DNA from: Leucobacter sp. | Lineage (GTDB): Bacteria; Actinomycetota; Actinomycetes; Actinomycetales; Microbacteriaceae | NCBI GenBank assembly: GCA_047973175.1 | Contig: JBKEBN010000105.1 | Location: 2,452 to 66,451, forward strand | Reading direction: 5' to 3' | DNA length: 64,000 nt | Shown here: positions 1 to 9,934 of the stretch, piece by piece | How positions within the stretch are numbered: the first letter of the stretch is position 1 | How the letters are laid out: each line of letters begins with the position of its first letter | The notes under the pieces: model-generated | Told to the model about the DNA's origin: nothing | Database searches by the model: none | Seen by the model: the letters and a program-made list of their open reading frames with translations, nothing else | Program-made: the position numbers and the translations under genes

Positions 1-609
1 GCGCTTGGCAAGCTCGCCGCCGACGTCGCCACCCTCAGCCGCACGGAGATCGGTGAGCTCGCCGAGGGCTCGGGCGGCGGATCGTCGGCCATGCCGCAGA
101 AGCGCAACCCGGCGGGGTCGGTGCTGATTCGCTCCGCCGCGATCCGAGCCCCGTACCTCGCCGCGACGCTGCACTCCGCGGCCGCGCTCGCCGTCGACGA
201 GCGCCCCGACGGCGCCTGGCACGCCGAGTGGCAGACGCTGCGCGAGCTGCTGCGGTTGGCCCTCGGCGCGAGCGCGCACGCGGTGACGCTGGTCGAGGGG
301 CTGCGCGTTGACGAGGATGCGGTGCGCCGCAACCTCGCGCTCACCGGAGGCCTCATCGTCGCCGAGCGCCTCTCGCTCGAACTCGGCCCGCTCATCGGGG
401 CGCACCGTGTGAAGCAGCTCGTGGCCGCCGCGGGCGCTGGGGAGGATCTCGCGACGCTGCTAGCGGCCCTGCTCGCCGCTGAACCCGCGCTCGACGGGCT
501 CGATGTCGCGGCGCTGCTCGATCCCGCGCACTACACGGGCCTCGCCCCGGAACTCGCGAGCCGCATCGCGGACGAATTCGACGCCACCCCACTCGAGGAG
601 ATCCCATGA
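1..609 (+). CDS. pcaB: 3-carboxy-cis,cis-muconate cycloisomerase (5' truncated by window edge)
   Basis: Frame open from base 1; fumarase-superfamily signature GSSAMPQKRNP; ERPDGAWHAEW; directly upstream of pcaD/pcaC. Confidence 0.9.
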   Translation, partial: ALGKLAADVATLSRTEIGELAEGSGGGSSAMPQKRNPAGSVLIRSAAIRAPYLAATLHSAAALAVDERPDGAWHAEWQTLRELLRLALGASAHAVTLVEGLRVDEDAVRRNLALTGGLIVAERLSLELGPLIGAHRVKQLVAAAGAGEDLATLLAALLAAEPALDGLDVAALLDPAHYTGLAPELASRIADEFDATPLEEIP

Positions 610-1382
610 CCCAGCCACCCATCCGTCTGACCGAACCCGTCGGCCCCTCGGGCGCGCCGCTCGTCGTGCTCGGCCACTCACTCGGCACGGGAACGCTCAT
701 CTGGGAAGATGTCGTGCCCGCGCTCGCCGAAGAGTATCGGGTGACGCTGCTCACGCTGCCCGGCCACGAGGGCAGCCCGGCGGCGGCGGAACCGTTCACG
801 CTCGCCGAACTCGCCGACGCGGTCGCCGAAGCCGCTGCCGACCTGGCCGGGGGGCGATTCTTCTACGCCGGAGTGTCGATCGGAGGGGCGCTCGCCCTCG
901 AACTCGCGCTGCACCACCCCGATCAGCTGCTCGGCTGCGCCGTCATCGCCTCGGGAGCCGAACTCGGCTCGCCCGAGCACTGGGCGGCTCGCGCTCAGCT
1001 CGTGCGCGAGCAGTCGCCGGCCTCGCTCGTCGCAGCGTCGTCGAAGACGTGGTTCGCTCCCGAGGCGTTCGTGGACCGTCAGGTGATGGTCGGCCGAATT
1101 CTGCGGGTGCTGCAGGAGACCCCGGCCGAGGGGTACGCGCGCTGCGCCGAAGCGCTCGCGAGCTACGACCTGCGAGCCTCGCTCGAACGCATCGAGGTGC
1201 CGCTGCTCTTGCTGTGGGGCGAGGTCGACACCGTCGGCACAGAAGAGCGGCAGGATGAGATCGTCGGCCGGGCGCAGCGCGCACGCAAGGTGATGGTCGC
1301 GGGGTGCGCGCACCAGCCCCCCGCGGAGAAGCCCGAGGCCACTGCCGAGGCGCTGCTCGAGTTCTTCGGGGGTGCGCGATGA
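606..1382 (+). CDS. pcaD: 3-oxoadipate enol-lactone hydrolase
   Basis: Alpha/beta hydrolase: GHSLGT, GVSIGG nucleophile elbow, EGYARCAEAL, AH..PAE; ATGA overlap with pcaB. Confidence 0.85.
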   Translation: MTQPPIRLTEPVGPSGAPLVVLGHSLGTGTLIWEDVVPALAEEYRVTLLTLPGHEGSPAAAEPFTLAELADAVAEAAADLAGGRFFYAGVSIGGALALELALHHPDQLLGCAVIASGAELGSPEHWAARAQLVREQSPASLVAASSKTWFAPEAFVDRQVMVGRILRVLQETPAEGYARCAEALASYDLRASLERIEVPLLLLWGEVDTVGTEERQDEIVGRAQRARKVMVAGCAHQPPAEKPEATAEALLEFFGGAR

Positions 1383-1783
1383 GCGGGATCGGCACCGGCC
1401 TGAGCGATGCCGAGCGCTACGAGCGCGGCATGGTCGTGCGCCGCGAGGTGCTTTCCGACGCGCACGTGGATCGGGCGAACGCGGGCATCACCGACTTCAC
1501 CGCCGACTTCCAGGACTACATCACCCGCAGCGCCTGGGGCGACATCTGGTCGCGGCCGGGGCTCGGACGCCGCGAGCGCTCGGTGGCGGTGCTGACCGCG
1601 ATGCTCGCGCTCGGGCACCACGGGGAGTTTCAGATGCACGTGGCCGCCGCGCGCCGCAACGGGCTGACGGTCGAAGAGATCAAAGAGGTGATTCTGCAGG
1701 CCGGGCTGTACTGCGGCGTGCCGGTCGCGAACGAGGGCTTCCGGCTCGCGCGCGAGGTGCTGGAGGGGCTCGGGGACCTGTAG
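1379..1783 (+). CDS. pcaC: 4-carboxymuconolactone decarboxylase
   Basis: GMVVRREVL..AHVDR, FQDYITRSAWGDIWSRPGL, YCGVPVAN; ATGA overlap with pcaD. Confidence 0.95.
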   Translation: MSGIGTGLSDAERYERGMVVRREVLSDAHVDRANAGITDFTADFQDYITRSAWGDIWSRPGLGRRERSVAVLTAMLALGHHGEFQMHVAAARRNGLTVEEIKEVILQAGLYCGVPVANEGFRLAREVLEGLGDL

Positions 1784-1846
1784 CGTCCCGGCGCATCGTA
1801 TCCCGGATGCACTGGATATCTGTGCGCTGTGGGTGGATCGGGGCTT

Positions 1847-1926
1847 CGCGAATCCGCGAGTCAACTTCCGCGAATCCGCGAGTTGAGCACCGCGAATCCG
1901 CGAGACAACCTTCGCGAATCCGCGAG
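1847..1926. repeat. Four copies of CGCGAATCCGCGAG at exact 22-bp period
   Basis: Copies start at 1847, 1869, 1891, 1913; 8-bp variable linkers. Confidence 0.95.
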
Positions 1927-1936
1927 TTGAGGGGTC

Positions 1937-1965
1937 TTGACCCGGTGGGGTGTGCGATCTAGACT
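1937..1965 (+). promoter_or_regulatory. Housekeeping-sigma-type promoter for pcaIJF
   Basis: TTGACC (1937-1942), 17 bp, TAGACT (1960-1965). Confidence 0.6.
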
Positions 1966-1968
1966 GAG

Positions 1969-2002
1969 TTTCGGTAAGCGAAAGTAATTTCGCACAGCGA
2001 AA
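1969..2002. promoter_or_regulatory. Tandem candidate PcaR (IclR-type) operators
   Basis: TTTCGGTAAGCGAAA (1969-1983) and TTTCGCACAGCGAAA (1988-2002), palindromic TTCG-type boxes just downstream of the -10. Confidence 0.65.
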
Positions 2003-2042
2003 TATTGTATCGAGCAGGGACTCGACGGCGCAGGGAGGCAGC

Positions 2043-2798
2043 ATGATCGACAAGAGGGTCGGGTCCGTCGCGGAGGCCGTCGCGGGCATCCCCGACGGTG
2101 CCACCGTGATGATCGGCGGCTTCGGCCGTGCGGGCCAGCCGGTGGAGTTGATCGACGCGCTCATCGAGCAGGGTGCGAGCGAGCTGACGATCGTGAACAA
2201 CAACGCGGGCAACGGTGACACGGGTCTTGCGGCGCTGCTCGCGAAGCGCCGGGTACGCAAGATCATCTGCTCCTTCCCCCGTCAGAGCGACTCCTGGGTG
2301 TTCGATGGCCTGTATCGCGAGGGTGCGATCGAGCTGGAGCTCGTGCCGCAGGGCAATCTCGCCGAGCGCATCCGCGCTGTGGGCGCGGGCATCGGGGCGT
2401 TCTTCACCCCGACCGGCGTCGGCACGCAGCTCGCCGAGGGCAAGGAGACCCGCGAGATCGACGGCCGCGTCTACGCGCTCGAGTACCCGATCCGCGCCGA
2501 CTTCGCGCTCATCAGCGCGCGCACGGCCGACCGCTGGGGCAATCTGGTCTACCGCGAGACCGCCCGCAATTTTGGCCCGATCATGGCGACCGCGGCGGCG
2601 ACCACGGTCGCCCAGGTCGACGAGTTCGTAGAACTCGGCGACCTCGATCCCGAAACCGTCGTCACCCCCGGCATCTTCGTCGACCGCGTCGTCGCGGTGG
2701 GCGAGCGGCGCTGGCTGCGCGACGGCGAGTTCGTCGGCGGCGTGGATCTTGAGGGCTCGCCGCTCGCGGCGGCGAACACGGAGGAGGCAGCACGATGA
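2043..2798 (+). CDS. pcaI: 3-oxoadipate CoA-transferase subunit A
   Basis: DGATVMIGGFG, NNNAGNGDTGLAALL, ELVPQGNLAERIRA; RBS GGGAGG. Confidence 0.95.
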   Translation: MIDKRVGSVAEAVAGIPDGATVMIGGFGRAGQPVELIDALIEQGASELTIVNNNAGNGDTGLAALLAKRRVRKIICSFPRQSDSWVFDGLYREGAIELELVPQGNLAERIRAVGAGIGAFFTPTGVGTQLAEGKETREIDGRVYALEYPIRADFALISARTADRWGNLVYRETARNFGPIMATAAATTVAQVDEFVELGDLDPETVVTPGIFVDRVVAVGERRWLRDGEFVGGVDLEGSPLAAANTEEAAR

Positions 2799-3439
2799 CC
2801 ACGCGCATCACCAGGCAGGAGCTCGCGGCGCGCATCGCCGCCGACATTCCCGAGGGGTCGATCGTGAACCTCGGCATCGGCGCGCCGACGCTCGTCGCGA
2901 ACTACCTGCCCGAGGACGAGGAGATCATCCTCCACACCGAGAACGGAATGCTCGGCATGGGGTCGGCTCCCGAAGCGGGACGGGTGGATCCCGACCTCAT
3001 CAACGCCGGCAAGCAGGCAGTCACCGCGGTCGCCGGTGCCGCCTACTTCCACCACGCCGACTCGTTCGGCATGATGCGCGGCGGGCACCTCGACGTGTGC
3101 GTGCTCGGTGCGTTCCAGGTGGCCGAGAACGGCGACCTCGCGAACTGGTCGACGGGTGCGCCCGGCGCGATACCTGCGGTCGGCGGGGCGATGGACCTCG
3201 CGATCGGTGCCAAGGACGTGTACGTGATGACCGACCTGCTCACCAAGCAGGGGGAGTCGAAGCTGGTCGCCGCTTGCACCTATCCGCTTACGGGAGTCGG
3301 CTGCGTGTCGCGCGTCTACACCGACCACGCGATCTTCGATGTCACCCCCGACGGTTTCGCGGTGCGCGAGCTGTTCGGCGACAACACCGTCGCGGGCTTG
3401 CGCGACCTGATAGGCCTGGACCTGGCGGACGCACCCTAG
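2795..3439 (+). CDS. pcaJ: 3-oxoadipate CoA-transferase subunit B
   Basis: VNLGIGAPT, HTENG catalytic Glu motif, GGAMDLAIGAK. Confidence 0.95.
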   Translation: MTTRITRQELAARIAADIPEGSIVNLGIGAPTLVANYLPEDEEIILHTENGMLGMGSAPEAGRVDPDLINAGKQAVTAVAGAAYFHHADSFGMMRGGHLDVCVLGAFQVAENGDLANWSTGAPGAIPAVGGAMDLAIGAKDVYVMTDLLTKQGESKLVAACTYPLTGVGCVSRVYTDHAIFDVTPDGFAVRELFGDNTVAGLRDLIGLDLADAP

Positions 3440-3600
3440 GGCGTGTCTCGTAAATAGGTGCATGCTTCGGTGCGTCCGAAACCCGTGCTCGCTGCGTTGT
3501 CGTCGTAGACTTTGCCACCAGCAAAGCCTTCCTCCTACGCCTTGCGATCACGCGCTTCGGCCACATCCTCGCGGTGCACCGATTTACGAGACACGCCCTA
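3437..3600. mobile_element. 164-bp non-autonomous MITE-like element
   Basis: 26-bp terminal inverted repeats TAGGGCGTGTCTCGTAAATAGGTGCA / TGCACCGATTTACGAGACACGCCCTA with 1 mismatch; TA at both ends; no transposase. Confidence 0.75.
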
Positions 3601-3604
3601 ATCC

Positions 3605-3679
3605 GTCATCCTGCGCGCAGTCGCAGGATCTCATCCGACGCAGTAGATCCTGCGATCCGCTCCGCGGCCGCAGGATGAC
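3605..3679. repeat. REP-like nested palindrome
   Basis: Outer arms GTCATCCTGCG / CGCAGGATGAC; inner arms TCGCAGGATCT / AGATCCTGCGA. Confidence 0.75.
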
Positions 3680-3697
3680 AGGAATAAAGGAATCAAC

Positions 3698-4867
<1,170 letters not shown>

Positions 4868-4890
4868 GCGGCACCACTTTCTCACCGGTC

Positions 4891-4939
4891 TTCCGGTGAG
4901 CAGAAAAGGTCTCCGGCCGAACGGCTCGTCGGGTAGCTT
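4891..4939 (+). promoter_or_regulatory. Candidate IclR operator and -10 box upstream of esterase
   Basis: TTCCGGTGAGCAGAA (4891-4905), TAGCTT at 4934; same layout at 6747-6796; overlaps a hairpin after pcaF. Confidence 0.4.
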
Positions 4940-5014
4940 GAAGGGAGGCGCACCACCCGCACGGCCGTGCTGTGGTCCATTCGATGATGAGTGTGCCCGA
5001 GAGCGAGGGCACAC

Positions 5015-5932
5015 ATGAACGAACCCGGTCGACCGGTTGACGCCGTCATCGCCGCGATGCGGGAGAATCCGCTGGATTTCGCCGGGGATATCCCGGAACT
5101 GCGCGAGCGCTTCGAAGCTCTCGGCGTCCGTCCCGATGCCGCGATCCACCCGTTCGCGGAGTCATCGATCGACGGGGTTCCCGTGCTCGAACTCGTCGGC
5201 GATGAGCAGCGGGGCACCGTGCTCTTCGTTCACGCCGGCGGATACGTCGCGGGCAGCGCAGCTGGGTCGTTCGGCCTCGCCGCCGCACTGGCGCGGGAGA
5301 GCGGGAGGCGGGTGCTCTCCGTCGACTACAGCCTCGCCCCGGAGCACCCCTACCCGGTGGCCCGCGACGAGATAGTGCGCGTCTACGAGCAGCTGCTTTG
5401 CGACGGGATCGATCCGCGGGCGCTGAGTTTCGTGGGTGCCTCCGCCGGCGGTGGCCTGGTGCTGCAAGCCCTGCAGCACCTCCGCGATACCGGCCGACCG
5501 CTGCCGGGCGCGGCGGCTCTGCTCTCGCCGTTTCTCGACCTGACGCTCTCGGGGCAGTCGTACGGGTGGAACGCCGATCGCGACCCGTCGCTCACCGCAC
5601 GGGGCCTCGCAGCGGCAGCGGCGCACTACGCGCCGAGCTCCGCCGACCGCGGCGCACTCAGACCGACGCCGGATTCGCTTCGCGACCTCCCGCCGACACA
5701 GGTGCACGTCGGCTCGATCGAGATCCTGCTCTCCGACTCGACCGACTTCGCCGCCGCGGCTGCTGCGGCCGACGTGCGCGTGGAGCTCGAGGTGTGGCCG
5801 GGAATGGTGCACGTCTTTCCCACCTTTGCAGCGCTCCTTCCCGAGGGCGTCGAGGCCCTGCGTCGCGTCGGGGCGTTTCTCGACCGCTGGTCTTCCCGGC
5901 CGCAGACGATCGAAACCGTGGTGCGAGCATGA
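5015..5932 (+). CDS. HSL-family alpha/beta hydrolase (esterase/lactonase)
   Basis: FVHAGGYV oxyanion motif, VDYSLAPEHPYP, GASAGG, EILLSD, WPGMVHVF. Confidence 0.88.
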   Translation: MNEPGRPVDAVIAAMRENPLDFAGDIPELRERFEALGVRPDAAIHPFAESSIDGVPVLELVGDEQRGTVLFVHAGGYVAGSAAGSFGLAAALARESGRRVLSVDYSLAPEHPYPVARDEIVRVYEQLLCDGIDPRALSFVGASAGGGLVLQALQHLRDTGRPLPGAAALLSPFLDLTLSGQSYGWNADRDPSLTARGLAAAAAHYAPSSADRGALRPTPDSLRDLPPTQVHVGSIEILLSDSTDFAAAAAAADVRVELEVWPGMVHVFPTFAALLPEGVEALRRVGAFLDRWSSRPQTIETVVRA

Positions 5933-6714
5933 AGCCTGCCGTGGTAGACCTCAGCCCGCCCGCGTACGCACTCGGGTCGGTGGACAAGACGCTGCGCGTC
6001 ATCCACATGCTGCGCGATGGAACGCCCGTGCGGGTGAGCGCGGTCGCCAAGAACCTGGGCATCGGCGTCTCGACGGCGCATCGGATCATGGCGATGCTGG
6101 TGTTTCACGGATTCGCGGTGCAGGATTCGCAGCGGCGCTACCTGCCCGGGCCGGCACTCGGTGCTCCCGTGCTGATGTCCCGCGACGTGGACTTTCTGCT
6201 CGAGGTCGCGTCTCCCATTCTTGAGCAGCTGTCCGAAGACCTCGGTGAGACCGTGAACCTCACCCTGCGCGTCGGGCCGCACGCGAGAGTGCTGCTGGCC
6301 GTCGGCACGCACGGCCGCATCGAGATGGATCGCAGCGGCGCGGTGCTGCCGGCGCACGCGACCGCCGCGGGCCGGGCCGCGCTCGCGGGGGTGAGCGTCG
6401 AGCAGCTCGAACACCTTTTCCGCGGACCCGCCGCGGAGCGGGCCGCCACGGCGCTCGACGATGCCGCGTTCGATGAGCTGGTGCGCGAGCTGAACCGCAC
6501 CCGCACCCGCGGCTACGCGCTTTCCCTGGAGAGCGCCGTCAAGGGAGTGAGCGCGGTCGCGATGCTCGTCGCCTCCGCGCGCAGGCGCACGATCACGATC
6601 GCGGTGATCATGCCTTCGGAGGCTCTGGATCGCCTCATCGGAGACGAGGAGAAGATGCGGGCGATCGAACAGGCGGCCGCCCTGCTCGGCGAGCGCCTTC
6701 AGCTCGAGGACTGA
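5929..6714 (+). CDS. IclR-family transcriptional regulator
   Basis: SVDKTLRVI HTH, STAHRIMAML, GETVNL, PAHATAAGRA, RGYA. Confidence 0.9.
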   Translation: MKPAVVDLSPPAYALGSVDKTLRVIHMLRDGTPVRVSAVAKNLGIGVSTAHRIMAMLVFHGFAVQDSQRRYLPGPALGAPVLMSRDVDFLLEVASPILEQLSEDLGETVNLTLRVGPHARVLLAVGTHGRIEMDRSGAVLPAHATAAGRAALAGVSVEQLEHLFRGPAAERAATALDDAAFDELVRELNRTRTRGYALSLESAVKGVSAVAMLVASARRRTITIAVIMPSEALDRLIGDEEKMRAIEQAAALLGERLQLED

Positions 6715-6746
6715 CCTCGCGAGTCAGGCCTCCCCACCCTCCCGTT

Positions 6747-6796
6747 TTCCTCTCCGCAGAAAGTCGTGGCCGCCGCGGGATCGGCGCAACTAGCCT
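6747..6796 (+). promoter_or_regulatory. Candidate IclR operator and -10 box upstream of ALDH operon
   Basis: TTCCTCTCCGCAGAA (6747-6761), TAGCCT at 6791. Confidence 0.4.
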
Positions 6797-6887
6797 GCTT
6801 CACAACTCACCGTCGTGGTGGGGAGCCGGGCCGCGGCCGCGCACAGCGCGTGAGCGGTGGCGGAATTCGAAGGAGAAGAGCTCGAAG

Positions 6888-8372
6888 ATGAGTGCACCCG
6901 AGGCTATCGATACCAGTCGGTCTCACGACGCGGTCAGCGACCGCGAGTGGAAGTTCTTGGTGAACGGCGAACTGCGCGACGCGGTGAACGGCAAGACCTT
7001 CGAGCGGGTGAGCCCCTTCACCCGCGAGGTCATCGCGACGGTGCCGAGCGGCGACGCCGACGACGCCGAGGTGTTCGTCGAGGCCGCGTGGGCGGCACGC
7101 AAGGACTGGGCGCGCACGCCGATGCCTGAGCGCATCGCGGCCGTGAACCGCGCCGCCGACATCATCGAGGCGCACCGCGAAGAGCTCGCCTTCCTCGACG
7201 CCATCGACGCCGGCTCCACGCTCGCCAACGCGAACATGGACATCGGTCTCGCGCTCGCGCACATGCGCCTGTTCGCGGGCCTCGCGATGGAGGTCAAGGG
7301 CACGACGATCCCGGCCAGTCGCGGCCTGCATATGACAGTGCGCGAACCGGTCGGCGTGGTCGTGCGCATCGTGCCGTTCAACCACCCCTTCATGTTCGCG
7401 GCGAAGGTGTTCACGGCCATCGTGGCCGGCTGCCCGATCATTCTGAAGTCGCCGGAGGTGGCACCGCTCTCGGCGCTGCGCATGGGCGAGCTGCTGCGCG
7501 ACGTGTTTCCGCCCGGAGTGCTGCAGGTGTCGACCGCGAAGGGCCGCGCGCTCGCCGACGCGCTGGTGCGCCACCGCCGCGTCGCGAAGATCGCCTTCAT
7601 CGGCTCGGAGTCGACGGGTGCCGCGATCGCGCGCGCCGCGGCCGAGACCGGGTTCAAGCGGGTGTCGCTCGAACTGGGCGGCAAGAACGCGATGATGGTG
7701 TTCGAAGACGCCGACCTCGACAGGGCTGCGCAGGGCGCGATCGCCGGCATGAATTTCACCTGGTCGGGCCAGTCGTGCGGTTCGAACTCCCGGCTGCTCG
7801 TGCAGCGCTCGATCCATGACGAACTCGTCGAGCGCATCGCCGAAAAACTCGATGGTCACCGTCTGGGCGACCCGCTCGATCCCGAAGCGCAGCAGGGCAC
7901 CGTGATTCACGAGCGTGCCTACGACTCCATCACCGGGTACATCGACCTCGCCCGCGAGGAGGGCGGCACGATCGTCGTCGGCGGCGAGAAGCCAGCCGAC
8001 CCGGCGCTCGGCGACGGCCTCTTCGTGCCGCCGACCGTGATCACCGGGCTGCCCCTCGACGGCAGGGTCGTGCGTGAGGAGATCTTCGGCCCGGTGCTCT
8101 CGGTGATCCCGTTCGATACCGAAGAGGAGGCGCTGGAGATCGCGAACGCGCTCGACTACGGTCTCACCGCGAGCGTGTGGACCTCGGATCTCAGCCGGGC
8201 GCTGCGGGTCGTGCGAGACGTCGAGGCCGGCTTCACCTGGGTCAACGACTCCTCCAAGCACTTTCTCAACGTGCCCTACGGCGGCGTGAAGTCGTCGGGC
8301 ATGGGGCGCGAGGAGAGCATGGAAGAGCTGCTGAGCTACACCGAACTGAAAACCGTCAACATCGCGTACTGA
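6888..8372 (+). CDS. Aldehyde dehydrogenase, 2-formylbenzoate dehydrogenase (PhdK)-like subfamily
   Basis: PFNHPFMF, LELGGKN, GMNFTWSGQSCGSNSR around catalytic Cys, EEIFGPV; subfamily assigned from recalled motif. Confidence 0.85.
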   Translation: MSAPEAIDTSRSHDAVSDREWKFLVNGELRDAVNGKTFERVSPFTREVIATVPSGDADDAEVFVEAAWAARKDWARTPMPERIAAVNRAADIIEAHREELAFLDAIDAGSTLANANMDIGLALAHMRLFAGLAMEVKGTTIPASRGLHMTVREPVGVVVRIVPFNHPFMFAAKVFTAIVAGCPIILKSPEVAPLSALRMGELLRDVFPPGVLQVSTAKGRALADALVRHRRVAKIAFIGSESTGAAIARAAAETGFKRVSLELGGKNAMMVFEDADLDRAAQGAIAGMNFTWSGQSCGSNSRLLVQRSIHDELVERIAEKLDGHRLGDPLDPEAQQGTVIHERAYDSITGYIDLAREEGGTIVVGGEKPADPALGDGLFVPPTVITGLPLDGRVVREEIFGPVLSVIPFDTEEEALEIANALDYGLTASVWTSDLSRALRVVRDVEAGFTWVNDSSKHFLNVPYGGVKSSGMGREESMEELLSYTELKTVNIAY

Positions 8373-8442
8373 GCGCGCCGACGACCGACCGCACCGGGAG
8401 CTCGCAGTCGAGCCCCGGAGAGACAACGAGAGGAACCCGACA

Positions 8443-9198
8443 GTGGGATACACAGGACTGGACGAGAAAGTCATCGTGGTGACCGGAGCGGCGCAGGGCA
8501 TCGGTGCCGCCTACGCGCGACGGCTCGTCGCCGAGGGGGCGACCGTCGTCGTCGCCGACCGCAATTTCGAGGGCGTGCAGAAGCTCTCCGACGAGCTCGG
8601 TGAGCGCGCGGTGCCCTTCGAGATCGACGTGGCGTCGGCGGAGTCGTGCCGGGCGCTCGCCGACTACCTGCGGGCGGAGCACGGCCGCCTCGACGGGCTG
8701 CTGAACAACGCCGCCATCTTCTCCACGATTCGCATGGCTCCGTTCTGGGAGATCACGGAGCGGGAGTGGGACACCCTCATGAACGTCAACATCAAGGGCG
8801 TCTGGCTCGTCACCTCCGCACTCGTCGAGCTGCTGAAGGCCTCCGGCAGCGCGAGCATCGTGAACATCGGCTCCGACTCCGTGGTGCTCGGCCGCACCAA
8901 CTACCTCCACTACATCGCGAGCAAGGGCGCGGTCACGGGCATGACGTTCTCGATGTCGGAGGAACTCGGCGGCTTCGGGATCCGGGTCAACACGCTCTCC
9001 CCGGGCCCCGTGTACACGGAGATCGCCCGCGAGACCGTTACCGAGGCGCAGACGCGGGCGATGCTCGCCAACACGCCCGTCGGCCGCAAGGCCGGCCCGG
9101 AAGACATGACCTCGGTCGCCGCGTTCCTGCTCTCCGACGACAGCGGCTACGTCACCGGGCAGACCCTCAGCGTCAACGGCGGGTTGTGGCACCGATGA
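8443..9198 (+). CDS. Short-chain dehydrogenase/reductase
   Basis: TGAAQGIG, NNAA, YIASK, GIRVNTLSPG. Confidence 0.92.
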   Translation: MGYTGLDEKVIVVTGAAQGIGAAYARRLVAEGATVVVADRNFEGVQKLSDELGERAVPFEIDVASAESCRALADYLRAEHGRLDGLLNNAAIFSTIRMAPFWEITEREWDTLMNVNIKGVWLVTSALVELLKASGSASIVNIGSDSVVLGRTNYLHYIASKGAVTGMTFSMSEELGGFGIRVNTLSPGPVYTEIARETVTEAQTRAMLANTPVGRKAGPEDMTSVAAFLLSDDSGYVTGQTLSVNGGLWHR

Positions 9199-9932
9199 GC
9201 GCGGCAGAATCGAACGCGACCGACATGAGCGCGACCGCACTGAACACCGACGAGATCCGCACCCTCGTCTCGCAGTCCTCGCAGATTCTCGGTGCCGCGG
9301 GCCTCGATGATTTCATCTGGGGGCACTCGTCCGTGCGCGATCCAGAGGGCCGCGGTGCCTGGCTGAAGCGCAGCGGGATCGGGCTCTCCGAGATCACCCC
9401 CGACGACGTGCAGCTCGTCTCGCGCGACGGTGAGGTGCTCGACGGCTGGGGAGACCGGCACATCGAGTACCCGATCCACACCGAGATCTACGCCGCGCGC
9501 CCCGATGTCGGCGGCGTCGTGCACATCCACCCGCCGCACGCCGTGGCGCTCGCCGCCTCGGGCGTCGAACTGCGCCCGGTGAGCCACCAGGGATCGCTCT
9601 TCACCCCGCCGTCACCGCCCCGCTACACCGACACGACCGACCTCATCCGCTCGGCTGAGCTGGGGGAGGGCGTTGCGAAGGCGCTGGGGGATCGGAATGC
9701 CGTGTTCCTCGTGAATCACGGCATCGTCACCGTGGGGCCCGACGTGCAGACCGCGACCATCACGGCACTGCTGCTCGAAGAGGCCTGCGAGCAGCAGCTG
9801 CGCACGATCGGCTACGGAGGCGTCGCGGCGTGGACGGGCGACGCGGAGGCGCTTGAGAAGCGCGAGCGCATCTACTCGCCGAAGGCGCTGGATCGCGTCT
9901 GGGAGTACCTGCTGCGAAAGCTGGAGGCGTGA
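9195..9932 (+). CDS. Class II aldolase/adducin-family protein (possible decarboxylase)
   Basis: WGHSSVR, EYPIHTEIYAARPDV, HIH, NHG; ATGA overlap with SDR. Confidence 0.88.
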   Translation: MSAAESNATDMSATALNTDEIRTLVSQSSQILGAAGLDDFIWGHSSVRDPEGRGAWLKRSGIGLSEITPDDVQLVSRDGEVLDGWGDRHIEYPIHTEIYAARPDVGGVVHIHPPHAVALAASGVELRPVSHQGSLFTPPSPPRYTDTTDLIRSAELGEGVAKALGDRNAVFLVNHGIVTVGPDVQTATITALLLEEACEQQLRTIGYGGVAAWTGDAEALEKRERIYSPKALDRVWEYLLRKLEA

Positions 9933-9934
9933 TC

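Noticed and set aside
1847..1926. Possible mini-CRISPR array
   Set aside because: 14-bp repeats and 8-bp spacers are far too short, the spacers resemble each other, and there are no cas genes in the window
5230..5245. HAGG instead of HGGG in the esterase as a sign of inactivation
   Set aside because: GASAG, the acidic residue and the His are intact; single substitutions in this loop are common in the HSL family
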